A DNA stretch of 63,855 nucleotides, the filler included, from Pirum gemmata (taxonomy: Eukaryota): the NCBI GenBank assembly GCA_002812295.1. It is 15 parts of 15 records of this genome, joined end to end, with 100 filler letters (N's around TTAATTAATTAA, not from the genome) between each part and the next. Parts side by side here need not be neighbours in the genome. Positions count along the whole stretch, not along the records: positions 50,535 to 54,513 come from PDIN01001681.1; positions 54,614 to 60,377 come from PDIN01001682.1; positions 60,478 to 63,855 come from PDIN01001786.1; 12 more parts are not named here. One strand, written 5' to 3'. The position numbers and the translations under genes were made by a program. Shown here one piece after another: positions 52,655 to 63,855 of this stretch. The first letter of the stretch is position 1; each line of letters opens with the position of its first letter. The notes beneath the pieces were generated by a model. It saw nothing but the letters and a program-made list of their open reading frames with translations. It did no database searches and was not told the DNA's origin.

Positions 52655-54360
52655 TTAAATAGGATCAATTATTATTGGATCGTCTATGGCAGGGATTTCG
52701 TCAGGCACATCTCCTGACGTATCACCACTTTCATCGCCTCCAGGGGTGTCCCCGCCTTCATCGCTTTTTGGATTATTCTTGACAGCTTCGATATCTTCTT
52801 CTACTGACGTTTTTATTTGGCCCGAATTTTCGGTGAATTGCTGATCATATTCAGTAGAAACTTCTTCTAATCCGCTTTGTAAGTCACTTTTGAACAAGGG
52901 TGATTCTTCAGATAATCGGATTTGATTACTAGTAGATAACCCCTCAGATATTGGGGTTTGACCAATTTCTGAGTTCAGTTCCGCTGTTTTTACAATGCCG
53001 TTTTCATTATAATATTTTAATAAAAAATAAAGAAAGCAAAAAAAAAAAATCATTGAATTAATAATTTAATACTATTTTAATAACACCATTTTTATTTTAT
53101 TTGATTATTTGGCAAAAACCGATACGATGTTTCTAAAAATAACAAATTAATAATTCTAATAAAACCAAAATAAAAACACATTATATTTTTTACCATTTTC
53201 ATCATATTTATTTTATAATTGAAAATAGAAATCCCTTTTTCTTAAATTAATAAAAAAAAATAAAAACACATTATAGTTTTACCATTTTCATTATATTATG
53301 TTAGAATTGAAAACAGAAATCAATTTTTCATAAATGTTTCTAGAAATAAAAAATTAATAATACTAATAAAAACAAAATAAAAACACATTATAGTTTTTCA
53401 TATTATGTTATAATTGAAAATAGAAATCACTTTTTCTTAAATAAATAAATAAATAAAAAAAACACATTATATTTTACCATTTTCATCATATTATGTTAGA
53501 AATGAAAACAGAAATCAATTTTTCATAAATTAATAATAAAATAATATTTTAAAAGCATTTTTACTTCTGAATAATATACTAAATTGGAAACAAAATAAAA
53601 ATACTTACGAGTAACTGTATCTTCTGTAAATAAATCATCCGATGGCAACCTATTAGGATTGGCTGAACCAACGGGCAATCCTTCGGGAAGAGCATCAAAA
53701 GTAGTATCTTCAACTGTAGTTTGAGCCTCTACATTATCCCCCTAATTTTACATTAATAAAAATATAATATAACAAAAAATGTAAACACATATTAATTCAA
53801 ATATATAATTTATATATAAGCAACTACCAAAAAGCCCACATCTAGACCATAATTAATAAATATAAATATAACAATAATATATCTCAGATTCTCGGAATCC
53901 CGTAAACGAAATAATAAATATTTTTCTTACCGTAAATTTAGATTCTGCGTTAACCGAATCATATGACGGTGGGTCAAACTCCCCTTTAATATCTTCGTCC
54001 ATTTCGAATTCTTTTTCCTCTTCTTCATCTGTTTTATCTTCTTCATCTCCATTTTTATCTTTTTTTTTAAATTTACAAGCTACCAAATTTTTTATAGTAC
54101 CTATAATACAACCTATACATATTAATTTGTGTGAGCATTGGTGAAAAAAATGTTTTGTTGAACTTAAATGATTTATGATAAACGTTAATAAACGTTAATG
54201 ATTTATGATAAACGTTAATATGTGATACAAAAAAACACAACGAAATAAAAAAAAATATCAATTACAAAACATTAAGTATATAATAAAAATCATTGTGTAC
54301 CCGCAACATTTCCCGCGACAAATCCTCCGGCCATAACTCCGATATTGGCCTCGGTAGCAC
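52655..54360 (-). CDS. 3' exons of a probable single-pass membrane protein with a long acidic tail containing PPxY
   Basis: Exons 54360-54301, 54112-53931, 53741-53609 and 52983-52655 are all GT-AG and phase-consistent. Gly-rich hydrophobic segment IGVMAGGFVAGNVAGGCIIGTI, then KFKKK, an acidic tail and DPPSYDSV. 5' exons lie beyond the scaffold edge. Confidence 0.8.
53150..53535. repeat. Intronic ~90-115-bp degenerate tandem repeat (4 copies)
   Basis: AAAAACACATTATA...CATATTATGTTAGAATTGAAAACAGAAATC repeated within the last intron of the 52655-54360 gene. Confidence 0.8.
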
Positions 54361-56787
54361 CTATAAAAAAAATAACAAATAATAATCGTAATAAAATTAT
54401 AGTACGTGATGTGATAATAAGCACTGATAATAGTAGGTATATACTTTGTAATAACAATAAAAATGATAATAATAATAATAATAATAAATGATAATAATAA
54501 TACTAAATAATAANNNNNNNNNNNNNNNNNNNNNNNNNNNNNNNNNNNNNNNNNNNNTTAATTAATTAANNNNNNNNNNNNNNNNNNNNNNNNNNNNNNN
54601 NNNNNNNNNNNNNAATAATAATAATAATAATAATAATAATAAACAGTAAATAAGATGTTCATGATTTAGGAAAGTTATAATTCTCAAAAACAACAATACA
54701 CTTAATAACTTTGTAATAAAACAGCAGTATGCGTAAAATACACATACAGCTACACAACAACAATACCATTATTAATTCTGTTCAGTTAAGTACGCAAAAC
54801 TCCACAAACAAAATGAAAATAAAAAAAATAGAAAATATTATAAACACTTAAAAGATTGTGACTGACAAAAATAACGAAAATAAATATATTGAAAATTGTG
54901 TGTTAGTTTACAAATTATATACTTTTTTTAACAATCGTTTATATATTATTGTATCATATTTATTATTATGGCTATTATGGTAGTATTATGGTTATTATTA
55001 TTATGAATATTGAAATATGTGAATAATCAAGAGCCTAATAATAAAATCATAATAGACCTAGACACTACCTAGACTATGATAGTTTTTGAAGGAAATTTAA
55101 GAGCAGAAAAGGTCCTACGCTCCTAGCTAGCTAGTTATGATAGAGCTAGAGAGAGTAGACTACTAGACTTAGACTACTAGCTAGCTAGCTAGTAGCTGGC
55201 TATCGATAGCTATCAGATAGTATTAGTATAAAATTATTATGAAATTATGAATACGCAGAGATACATATCAGAAGTCAAAAAATAACAAAAACCGAACACC
55301 ACTATAGTCTATAATCCAGCTAATCCAGCCTACCTCTACTAGCTAGCTAGACTAGCTAGGGTAGCTATCGATAGCCAGCTAGTAGTTAGTCAAAGTTTAT
55401 AGTCAAGGAGTTTTTTTTTTTTTTCAAGAACTCCTTGAGTTATGAAGTAGACAAACTATTTGCCTATTTAGCAAATGAGTAATGTAGACTAAGTAGACTT
55501 GGTATGTAAAAAGTGTATAGGAGAAAAACCACTAAGAAAAACAAAGAACAATAGAATTTTTTTTTTTCTTTTTTATATCATAAATTTATAAAGGGGAGTG
55601 GAAAATTGGAAATGTCATGTATTTTGTTTTACACACGATTCACACGACAGCCCTCACTTTGGCGAGACCCTCCCTCACTTCTCACTTATGTAGACCCCAA
55701 AAAATAAAAACAGACAAAAATAAGTCAAAAATATTTCAGTCTAGCTCTCTTTGGTGAAAGAATTTTGAATTTGGTTTGCCACTCGCGGAAGCTAGTAGCT
55801 AGCTAGCTAGAGAGTATTCATAGCTACTAGCTAGCTAGCTATGATAGCTGGAGTGGAGTCTAGCTAGCTAGCTAGTGTAGTCAATCTGATTATCAGATAA
55901 CTAGAAAAACAATACCAGACAACTACCTCAATTGCTTGCTTATCATTGACTCATAGACTAGTCTAGCTAGTCAAGGACTTAGTCCAAGTCCTTGGACTAG
56001 CGTAGTTTATATGAAAAGTACAACATTTGAAATCAAAACCAGGTGACAATCAAATCATTAACTTATACTAAAGTATTATGAAACAAATCAACAAATTACA
56101 ACTTTAATTCAACTACATAACTGTAACCTACTGCTCCTTTTTTCTTATTTATATATAAAGGAAAATAGGAACTTCCTTCTAAACTAAAGAAGAGCAGTTT
56201 ACTTCTCTTTATGATATTTCTAAAGAAAAAAAAAAAAGAAAAAAAAAATAGTATGAATAGTTGCATACAGTACTCTTACTATGATAAATTGAACTTAAAT
56301 TGATAATGATAGAAAATAGTATTTGATATTTTATAACTATTTGGCTTCTGTAGTATTTGGTATGATAGTTATTTGGTCTCCTATTTGATAGTAATTTTTT
56401 TTTCTTTTTTTTTGCTAAATTGAAGTACTATTGAAGTTGTCTATTTTTTTTTTAACTAGCATGCCGGATAATAATATAATAATGGTGACATCCGCCATAC
56501 GAGTTCAAAATTCAAAAATGAACAAAATGATCCAATTCTAATGAAAGTACTATCAAATGTTTGAGAATAGTCTGACTACAAAAACTCTATTATGAACCAA
56601 TGGCTAGTTTTTAAAAATAATTTGACTAGTTAATATTTTAAAAAGTTTAGAAAAGAAGTAAAAAAAAAAAAAAAAGATTTCTACAGTTTTATCCGACTTG
56701 GCTTTTTTTAAAAAAAAAAAAAAATTTTTATATTTTTATCAGCCTTTGGTTTTTTTAAAAAAAAAAAAAAAAAAGAGAGAAATTAAA

Positions 56788-57310
56788 AGTTCCTGTTTAC
56801 CTTTATATAAAAAAGGAGCAGTTGGCTGTGACTTGTTGTACTTTTCATAATAAGACCATATGATGAGTAATTGCATTGTTCTTTTGTTGTAGAAATATTT
56901 GTTTTTAAACTTTGTTCCTAGAATTATAGTGTTGTAGTCGTTGTTGTGGATAATATTGTTGGAGTTGTCGTCTATATTCGGGTTTATATGTAATATTTTT
57001 TAATGTATTAATATTATTTAATAATATTAGTTTGTCTATGTTCAAAGATGTATTAATATAGTTTGAATTCTGGTGGAAATTCTTTGGAACAATGTTGACA
57101 AACAAAAACCTTTAATTAATGATAACAACCTAAACAACCTTTGGAATATAGAACAAAATGAATGGGAAGAGATAATTAAAAATAGAAGAATCAATACAAA
57201 AAAACTGCCAAAAATACTAAAAAGTCACATGGATATTAATACTAACCCAAAGAAAACCAACAAGACAGTGGGACGTCGAAAAACCAACCTTTTCAATGTC
57301 AATATTGTCC
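56788..57310 (-). mobile_element. Second copy of the same element with an inverted 5' segment
   Basis: 56788-57099 is reverse-oriented and 57100-57310 forward-oriented relative to the colinear copy at 16036-16540. Confidence 0.7.
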
Positions 57311-58510
57311 CTGGTCTATTGTATTAATAAATATTGATAATTCTATAATATAAGTATAATATATATAACTATATAAGCTGTTATATAGTTGTTATTAATA
57401 TATATCTACACAATATCATATAAAAATTCTTGAGAAAAAATTCCACTGTTCAAATCGATTATTATTAATAATTTTATTAATATTATATTAATATTAATAA
57501 TTTATTCATATTATCGATAATATAAAAATATAAATAGGGGCCTATTATATTATATACATACATCGTGCTTTTCATTTATTTTGTCACTCTGAATATTTAT
57601 TTGGAGGGTTATGATCTTTAAATTGACATTTTTAATCATAACTAGATAATAATAATATATACCAAATTAAATTAAATGGATTTATATTGTATTAATTTGG
57701 TACTATTTATTGTATATTTTATAAATAATGACAAAACAACTGAAAATATTATTATTTATTTATTAATATAATAATATCTGATTTGCAGTATAAATATTGA
57801 ACACTCGAGCCCATTATCTAACCCTATCAGATGAATATTTTAAGCCTCCAGATTACTATATAAGGCATTTAAATGGAAATCTAGAAAAAACTGTATGTTG
57901 ACGTCACTTTTCTACTAATTAATTATGATATGATACCAATAGTAGATACTATTGATATTGATAGCTACTAGCTAGACCCTGTAGACTGACTACTAGCTAG
58001 CTAGACCTGGTCTACAGACCTGGTCTACTGCTGCGGCCTAGCTAGCTAGACTAGACCGGTCTACTGTCACAAAGAAAAAAAGAAAAAGAAACAGACCTTG
58101 TGTTTTTTCTTAATGCCGCAAAAATATAATTCGCATTTCACACTTGTTATTGTACAAGAAAGTAAGAAAGTGGGTTCATAAAAGTGTGATAAACCTAAAT
58201 TAACTCAAAACTAATAAAAATAAAAACATAGCTTTTTGCGGAGTTTTTTTACTGTTTTTTCTTAGGGGGCTTCGCCAATAAATTAGACTATTATGTATGA
58301 TTATGATGTATCGATACACAAATACAAAAGATGATCATTATTATCTGAACAATATTATTACAAAAATAAAAAACTTAAACAGTATAACAATTGATCAAAC
58401 AAAAGAAACAAATAAAAATAAATAATATAGAAAACAAATAAATAAATAAGTTTTTAGGGTTTTAGTTTTTCTTCCGTTCAGAATAGCTACTTAAAGTAAC
58501 GAAAGTAAAA

Positions 58511-58558
58511 ATGGCTAGTCAAAGAAAAGATCAGCTGATCGCTGTTATCGGCACCGAA
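58511..58558 (+). CDS. ATP6V1F: V-type ATPase subunit F (Vma7), first exon
   Basis: MASQRKDQLIAVIGTE followed by a GTATAT donor; matches the conserved N-terminal LIAVIGDEDT motif of subunit F. Only 16 codons are visible. Confidence 0.65.
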
Positions 58559-58708
58559 GTATATCATNNNNNNNNNNNNNNNNNNNNNNNNNNNNNNNNN
58601 NNNNNAACAAACAAACAAACAAACATACATACATACATACATACATACATACATACATACATACATACATACATACATACATACATACATACATACATAC
58701 ATACATAC

Positions 58709-58758
<50 letters not shown>

Positions 58759-58847
58759 ACAACAAAGAAAAACAAAATAAACTTTGAAAATAATAATCAT
58801 CAACACTAAGTTAAGATTTCAACTGTAATCATAAAACAAAATCGTAC

Positions 58848-59064
58848 CTCAAGGTTACAGTACTGATCATTATCTGAAAATTCGCAAACGGAAAGCTTAC
58901 CACAGGAGGTATCAGCAAAGGCAGCGCCGATGACTTTTTGACCGTTCACCATAGCCAGAGTGATAGCCAAAACGATAGGGGAGGTGTTTAATTCTATTAT
59001 ATATAATTTTAAAAAAAGTAAAACAAACAATATCAGTATTAGTATTAGTATTAGTATTAGTATT

Positions 59065-59098
<34 letters not shown>

Positions 59099-59624
59099 GC
59101 ATTAGTATTAGTATTAGTATTAGTATTAGTATTAGTATTAGTAATAGTAATAGTAATAATAATAGTAATAGTAATAATAATAGTAGTAGTAGTAGTAATA
59201 GTAATAGTAGTAATAGTAATAGTAATAATGATAATAATAATAGTTATAGTTAATGATAATTGTAGCCGTGATAGTAGTAGCACTAGTAACAGTAACAATA
59301 ATAGTAGTAGTAGTAATAGTAATCGTAATGGTAATGATAATTAATAGTAATAGTATCAGTAATAGTATTAGTAATAGTAGTAATATTGCAATAGTTAATA
59401 GTAATAGTAATAGTAATAGTAATAGTAATAGTGATAGTGATAGTGATAGTAATAGTAATAATAAAAAATACAAGTTATACACAGTATTGTAAATGGGCAC
59501 TGATCAGTAAATCAGTAAATAATGAATGAAAAGTATAATAATAATATTAACATAACAATTATAAAACATTACCAGAACCACGAGACAAATCATCTTCAAA
59601 TGCAAGCAAATTACCCGGGGAGCC
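58848..59624 (-). CDS. MSH2: DNA mismatch repair protein MSH2, two internal exons
   Basis: Exon 59624-59573 (GSPGNLLAFEDDL) and exon 58993-58848 (PIVLAITLAMVNGQKVIGAAFADTSCGKLSVCEFSDNDQYCNLE) splice in phase. They match the MSH2 motifs ASPGNL.QFED.L and KLGLCEFPDNDQFSNLE. Confidence 0.9.
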
Positions 59625-60127
59625 CTGAATGTAACAAACAAACAAAACAAACAAAACAAACAAACCCAAGCCAAGTCAAAACAAAACAAAACAAAACAAA
59701 ACAAAACAAAACAAAACAAAACAAATAAAATAAAATAAACAAAACAAACAAAACAAACAAAACAAACAAAACAAAAAAAACAAACAAACCAAACAAAACA
59801 AACAAAACAAAACAAAACGAACAAAAAGAAAAAAACAAAAAAAGGGGGATTAGATAACTGAAAATAACAAAGACAGACACTTACAGATATATAACATTTT
59901 ACAGTAATTACTTCACCTAAAATTACAACTACTACTACTACTACTGCCACACCTACTGCCAATATTACCTACTGCTGCTGCTACTACCACTACTACTACT
60001 ATTGCTACTACTATTACTGCTGCTGCTGCTGCTGCTGCTATTACTACTGCTACTGCTACTGCTACTGCTACTACTAGTACTGTTACTAATATTACTACTG
60101 CTGCTACTGCTGCTACTACTACTACTG

Positions 60128-60158
<31 letters not shown>

Positions 60159-60338
60159 ACTAGATATACAACTAATTAAATACCATGTGCAACCGTAAGC
60201 GTAGTAGTAGTAAATTAAATAAAAAAATAGAAAATAGCGCCATCTACTATCACTACTACAACCACCACTACAACCACCACTACTACTATTACTACTACTA
60301 TTACTACTACTGCTGCTACTGCTACTGCTATTGCAACA

Positions 60339-60377
<39 letters not shown>

Positions 60378-60733
60378 NNNNNNNNNNNNNNNNNNNNNNN
60401 NNNNNNNNNNNNNNNNNNNNNTTAATTAATTAANNNNNNNNNNNNNNNNNNNNNNNNNNNNNNNNNNNNNNNNNNNNTAATAATGATAATGATAATAATG
60501 ATAATAATAACAATAATAATAACAATAACAATAACAATAACAATAATAACAAAACAATAACAATAAAAACAATAACAATAACAATAACAATAATAAAATC
60601 ATAATTAATTTCTTAAAATCAGTTAATATTATTACAAATAATTTTTTTTAAAAAAACCTATAAATGGTTACATAATTTCTATATTTAATCACAGGAATAC
60701 TAAAAAAAACTTTTTGAATAAAAAGAAACTAAC

Positions 60734-60822
60734 TTTGTCCAACTCCCATCGCTCGGGTAATAACAATAGCAGGATGGAAAATTTGGGAAAAGCATTGAAC
60801 GAGTCATCTGGCCAAAGGGTAG
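60734..60822 (-). CDS. Possible exon (TLWPDDSFNAFPKFSILLLLLPERWELDK) of an unidentified gene
   Basis: Preceded by a TTTCTTAAAG acceptor and followed by a GTTAGT donor. Degenerate partial duplicates occur near 60940 and 61180-61250. Confidence 0.35.
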
Positions 60823-62530
60823 CTTTAAGAAAAAAATCGATATAGCGTACATTTATGAATTCAATATGTATTTATTTTTATAAAAAAAAATGAAAAAGAA
60901 ATTGGGTTTCTATATATATATATATATATATATAATCGAGTAATAACAATAGCAGGGTAGCTTTAAGAAAAAAATCAGTATAGCGTACATATAAGGATTC
61001 AAATATGTATTTATATAGAAAAAGTTAAAAATGAAATTGGGTTGCGTTTATTATATATAATTGGGTGCGATGTTTTTAAGAAAAAAATCGATATAGTGTA
61101 CATATAAGGATTCAATATATATATATATATTATAAGTGAAAAGGGAAATTGGATTGCCTTATTTGTATATAATATAATCGAGTAATAACAATAGCAGGAT
61201 GGAAAATTTGGGGAAAACATTGAACAAATCATTTACCCAAAGGGTAGCTTTAAGAAAAACATATATATAGGTATTCAATATATATTTATTTACATAGAAA
61301 AGGTTAAAAAAGAAAATGGGTTACCTTATTTATATATAATTGGGTGCAATGTTTTTAAGAAAAAATCGATGTAGCGTACATATAAGGATTCAATATGTAT
61401 TTATATAGAAAAAGTTGAAAAGGAAATTCAGTTGCCTTATTTATATATAATTGAGTGCGATGTTGTCTTTTTTGCTAATTCAAGTCATGTATTATTGTCA
61501 TTGCAGTTGTTCTCTATACAAAAATTAGTTTCAATAATAATTACATTTTTATGTTAATATTATAAGAAATTTAGGGTTAAAAATTTAAAATACAGATTAA
61601 TAATTGCGGTTTACATTATTTTTTTCTTTTTATTATCACTTAAGTTGTTTTTCTATGTTATTAATACTACAATAATAAGTCTTTTATCGATCTAGTTGTT
61701 TTTTAATTCTTGACTATTTACTAATTAGTTTCTATAAAATAGCCAAATTTCGAGAGGTATTATGAAAATTTTTCATTGGTAAAAGTCATCCCCTCTCTGA
61801 TCCCCCTCCCAAAAACTATGAAACTTTTCATATATATATGGGTTCAATATGGGGTTTAATTACTAAGATAAGTAGTTAAACTTTATTTATAAGACAGATG
61901 GGTTACTTAATCTTTTTTCAATGACATTTTCAGAAAAAAGATCAGGATGTAATTAGTAGAGGTAAGATATTTTCTAATATTCTACTTTCACCCTAAAATT
62001 ACCATAATTTATTTAGTTGGGTAGTTTTTTTGTTGTTATAAACTTTTTTAAAAGAAGTTCAAAAAAAAATTTTTTTTGAACTCCTTGACTGTTGATTTTT
62101 ATTATTCATAATTATATTAAATATTGATAAAAGTTATCGTAATAAATAAAGTATTGACATTATATTAAATATTTACATTTAATATTGAATTTTTTTTAAT
62201 TATCTTTATTATTCATAAATGTACTAAATATCCATGCTATTGTAATAAATAAAACTATTGATATAGTTTATAATATTTACATCAGGAGGTCTAACATATG
62301 GGGTAAACGCGCTTGGATGACGTCATTATACAATAATAGTAATAATGGCAATAACGACAACAAATAATAATTATATATACAATTTATTTATTTATTTATT
62401 ATACCGAATTTCCTAATTGCGGCTACAGCATTTTCTCGGAAATCGGCGTATGCGGGATAATAGTTAACTTTTATGATTAATATTATTATTAATAATAATA
62501 AATAATAATAATAATAATAGCAGGGCAATT

Positions 62531-62955
62531 AGAAGAAGAGTTGAAATTGAAGAGGAAGATGGTTCTCCAAAAAAAATTAGAGCAAAGAAAAAGAACAAAC
62601 AACAGGAAAGAAGTGACTCGTCAGCGATTCTCCCAAAAGGGGAAGAGTGAACGAGGAAGAATTACACAACACTTTAATACCCATATAGCAGTTGAAGATG
62701 TAGCTGTTCCGATCTTTACATCTGATATTAATACTGTGTTACCTGATCATCAACCGCGGCTTGGTCAGTGTAAAAATCGGGACAGCTATATATATATATA
62801 TACCATCAGCCGCTATATGGGTAGTGTCGTGCAATTCATCCTCGAGAATCGCTGATGGGGTCACTTCTTCTTTTCCTGTTGTTTGTTCTTCTTCTTTCGT
62901 CTAAATTTTTCAAAGAACGTTAACCACTCTCCTCGTCAATTGCAACTCTTCTTCT
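62531..62955. repeat. Long imperfect inverted duplication (arms 62531-62725 and 62765-62955)
   Basis: Colinear reverse-complement matches: AGAAGAAGAGTTG, AAGAACAAACAACAGGAAA, TCAGCGATTCTC, TACCCATATAGC, TAGCTGT(T/C)CCGAT(C/T)TTTACA. Confidence 0.88.
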
Positions 62956-63104
62956 TTTGGAATAGATTCATTAAATCGAAGGAAAAATCGAAGGAAGTTA
63001 CAAATATTTCCTCATCTTCATTTTTACCTACAAAATTGATTACCATAATAATAAATTGGTATTACGTTTAAACGTTTATTTCAGTTTTTGAACTATATTA
63101 GTTC

Positions 63105-63287
63105 TGTGCTTTTCATTTATTTGGTCACTCCGAATATTTATTTGGTTGTTTATAATATTTAAATTGATACTTTTAAATAAATAAATATATAATAAAATAT
63201 ACCAAATTAAATGAAATGATTTATATTGTACTAATTTGGTACTATTTATTGTATATTTTATGACGACAAAATAACTGAAAAGCACGA
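63105..63287. mobile_element. MITE family A, full copy
   Basis: TGTGCTTTTCATTTATTT...AAATAACTGAAAAGCACGA. Confidence 0.88.
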
Positions 63288-63855
63288 TAGTGTAAGGAGG
63301 GATGAGATGACGTCATTTTACTAATTGAAGGCTCTGGTACCAAAAGTTCGCCAAATGAAATTTTTGTGATTAAAATTACTTTAAATAGTATAATAGATAC
63401 TATTAATAGAAGCTTCTAAAATAGTAGCTACTATTTATAGCTATATAAATACTATTTATGGTAACTACGAAGTGGCGAATAGCCTTCCACTTCACCCCTC
63501 GCCCTTAAGGGGGTGCTCACCCCTCCTATAGTGTATCAGTAAGTAGTCTATAGATGTAGATTGTAAGACTATTGTAAGACTATCTAGTATCTACTCTCCA
63601 GTAGGGAGTCTAGCCAGAGACCCCAACCGGTTGGGACCGTAGGGCGTGCACTGTAGGCGGTGTAACCGTGTAGAACTATGATAGCTCTCTCTAGCCGTGT
63701 AGCTACTAGCTAACCTGTGTAGACTTTTATTTAAAAAAATATATTACTTAAAACGGTAATAATACTACCAAAACTGGATTGGTCAATTTTACAGAATTAA
63801 GTCGTACTAAGAGAACGTACATACGAACCTAGGGTACGGCAAAAATTGAAAATTT

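Noticed and set aside
60184..60210. LTVAHG followed by GT as the MSH2 YTAHG exon
   Set aside because: No acceptor site, and no room for the intervening ~75 codons before the GSPGN exon.
58912..60433. Multiple homopolymeric ORFs (poly-I/L/Y/S/N)
   Set aside because: Intronic microsatellites of the MSH2 locus.

Overview
Very AT-rich, intron-bearing eukaryotic DNA with TTAGGG repeats and GT-AG introns full of microsatellites. A unicellular opisthokont such as an ichthyosporean is plausible, but that is inference only. The window is not one contiguous locus. It is about 15 small scaffolds, most 3.93-3.99 kb, joined by artificial 100-nt N/TTAATTAATTAA/N spacers, so adjacency across spacers carries no meaning. 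Genes reconstructed by hand: a complete 4-exon secreted EEP phosphoesterase with a C-terminal PAN/apple-like domain; an intronless bacterial-looking secreted glycoside-hydrolase-like gene (3' truncated); two small secreted Cys-rich proteins; two partial single-pass membrane proteins; and fragments of a CobW/ZNG1 GTPase, MSH2 and V-ATPase subunit F. Intergenic DNA is dense with at least six MITE families, a decayed piggyBac-like transposase with a possible N-terminal Tudor/PWWP-like domain, LINE remnants (one with a twin-priming-type inversion), interstitial telomeric arrays, (TAGC)n runs and two long fold-back hairpin loci. No rRNA, tRNA or CRISPR array was recognised.
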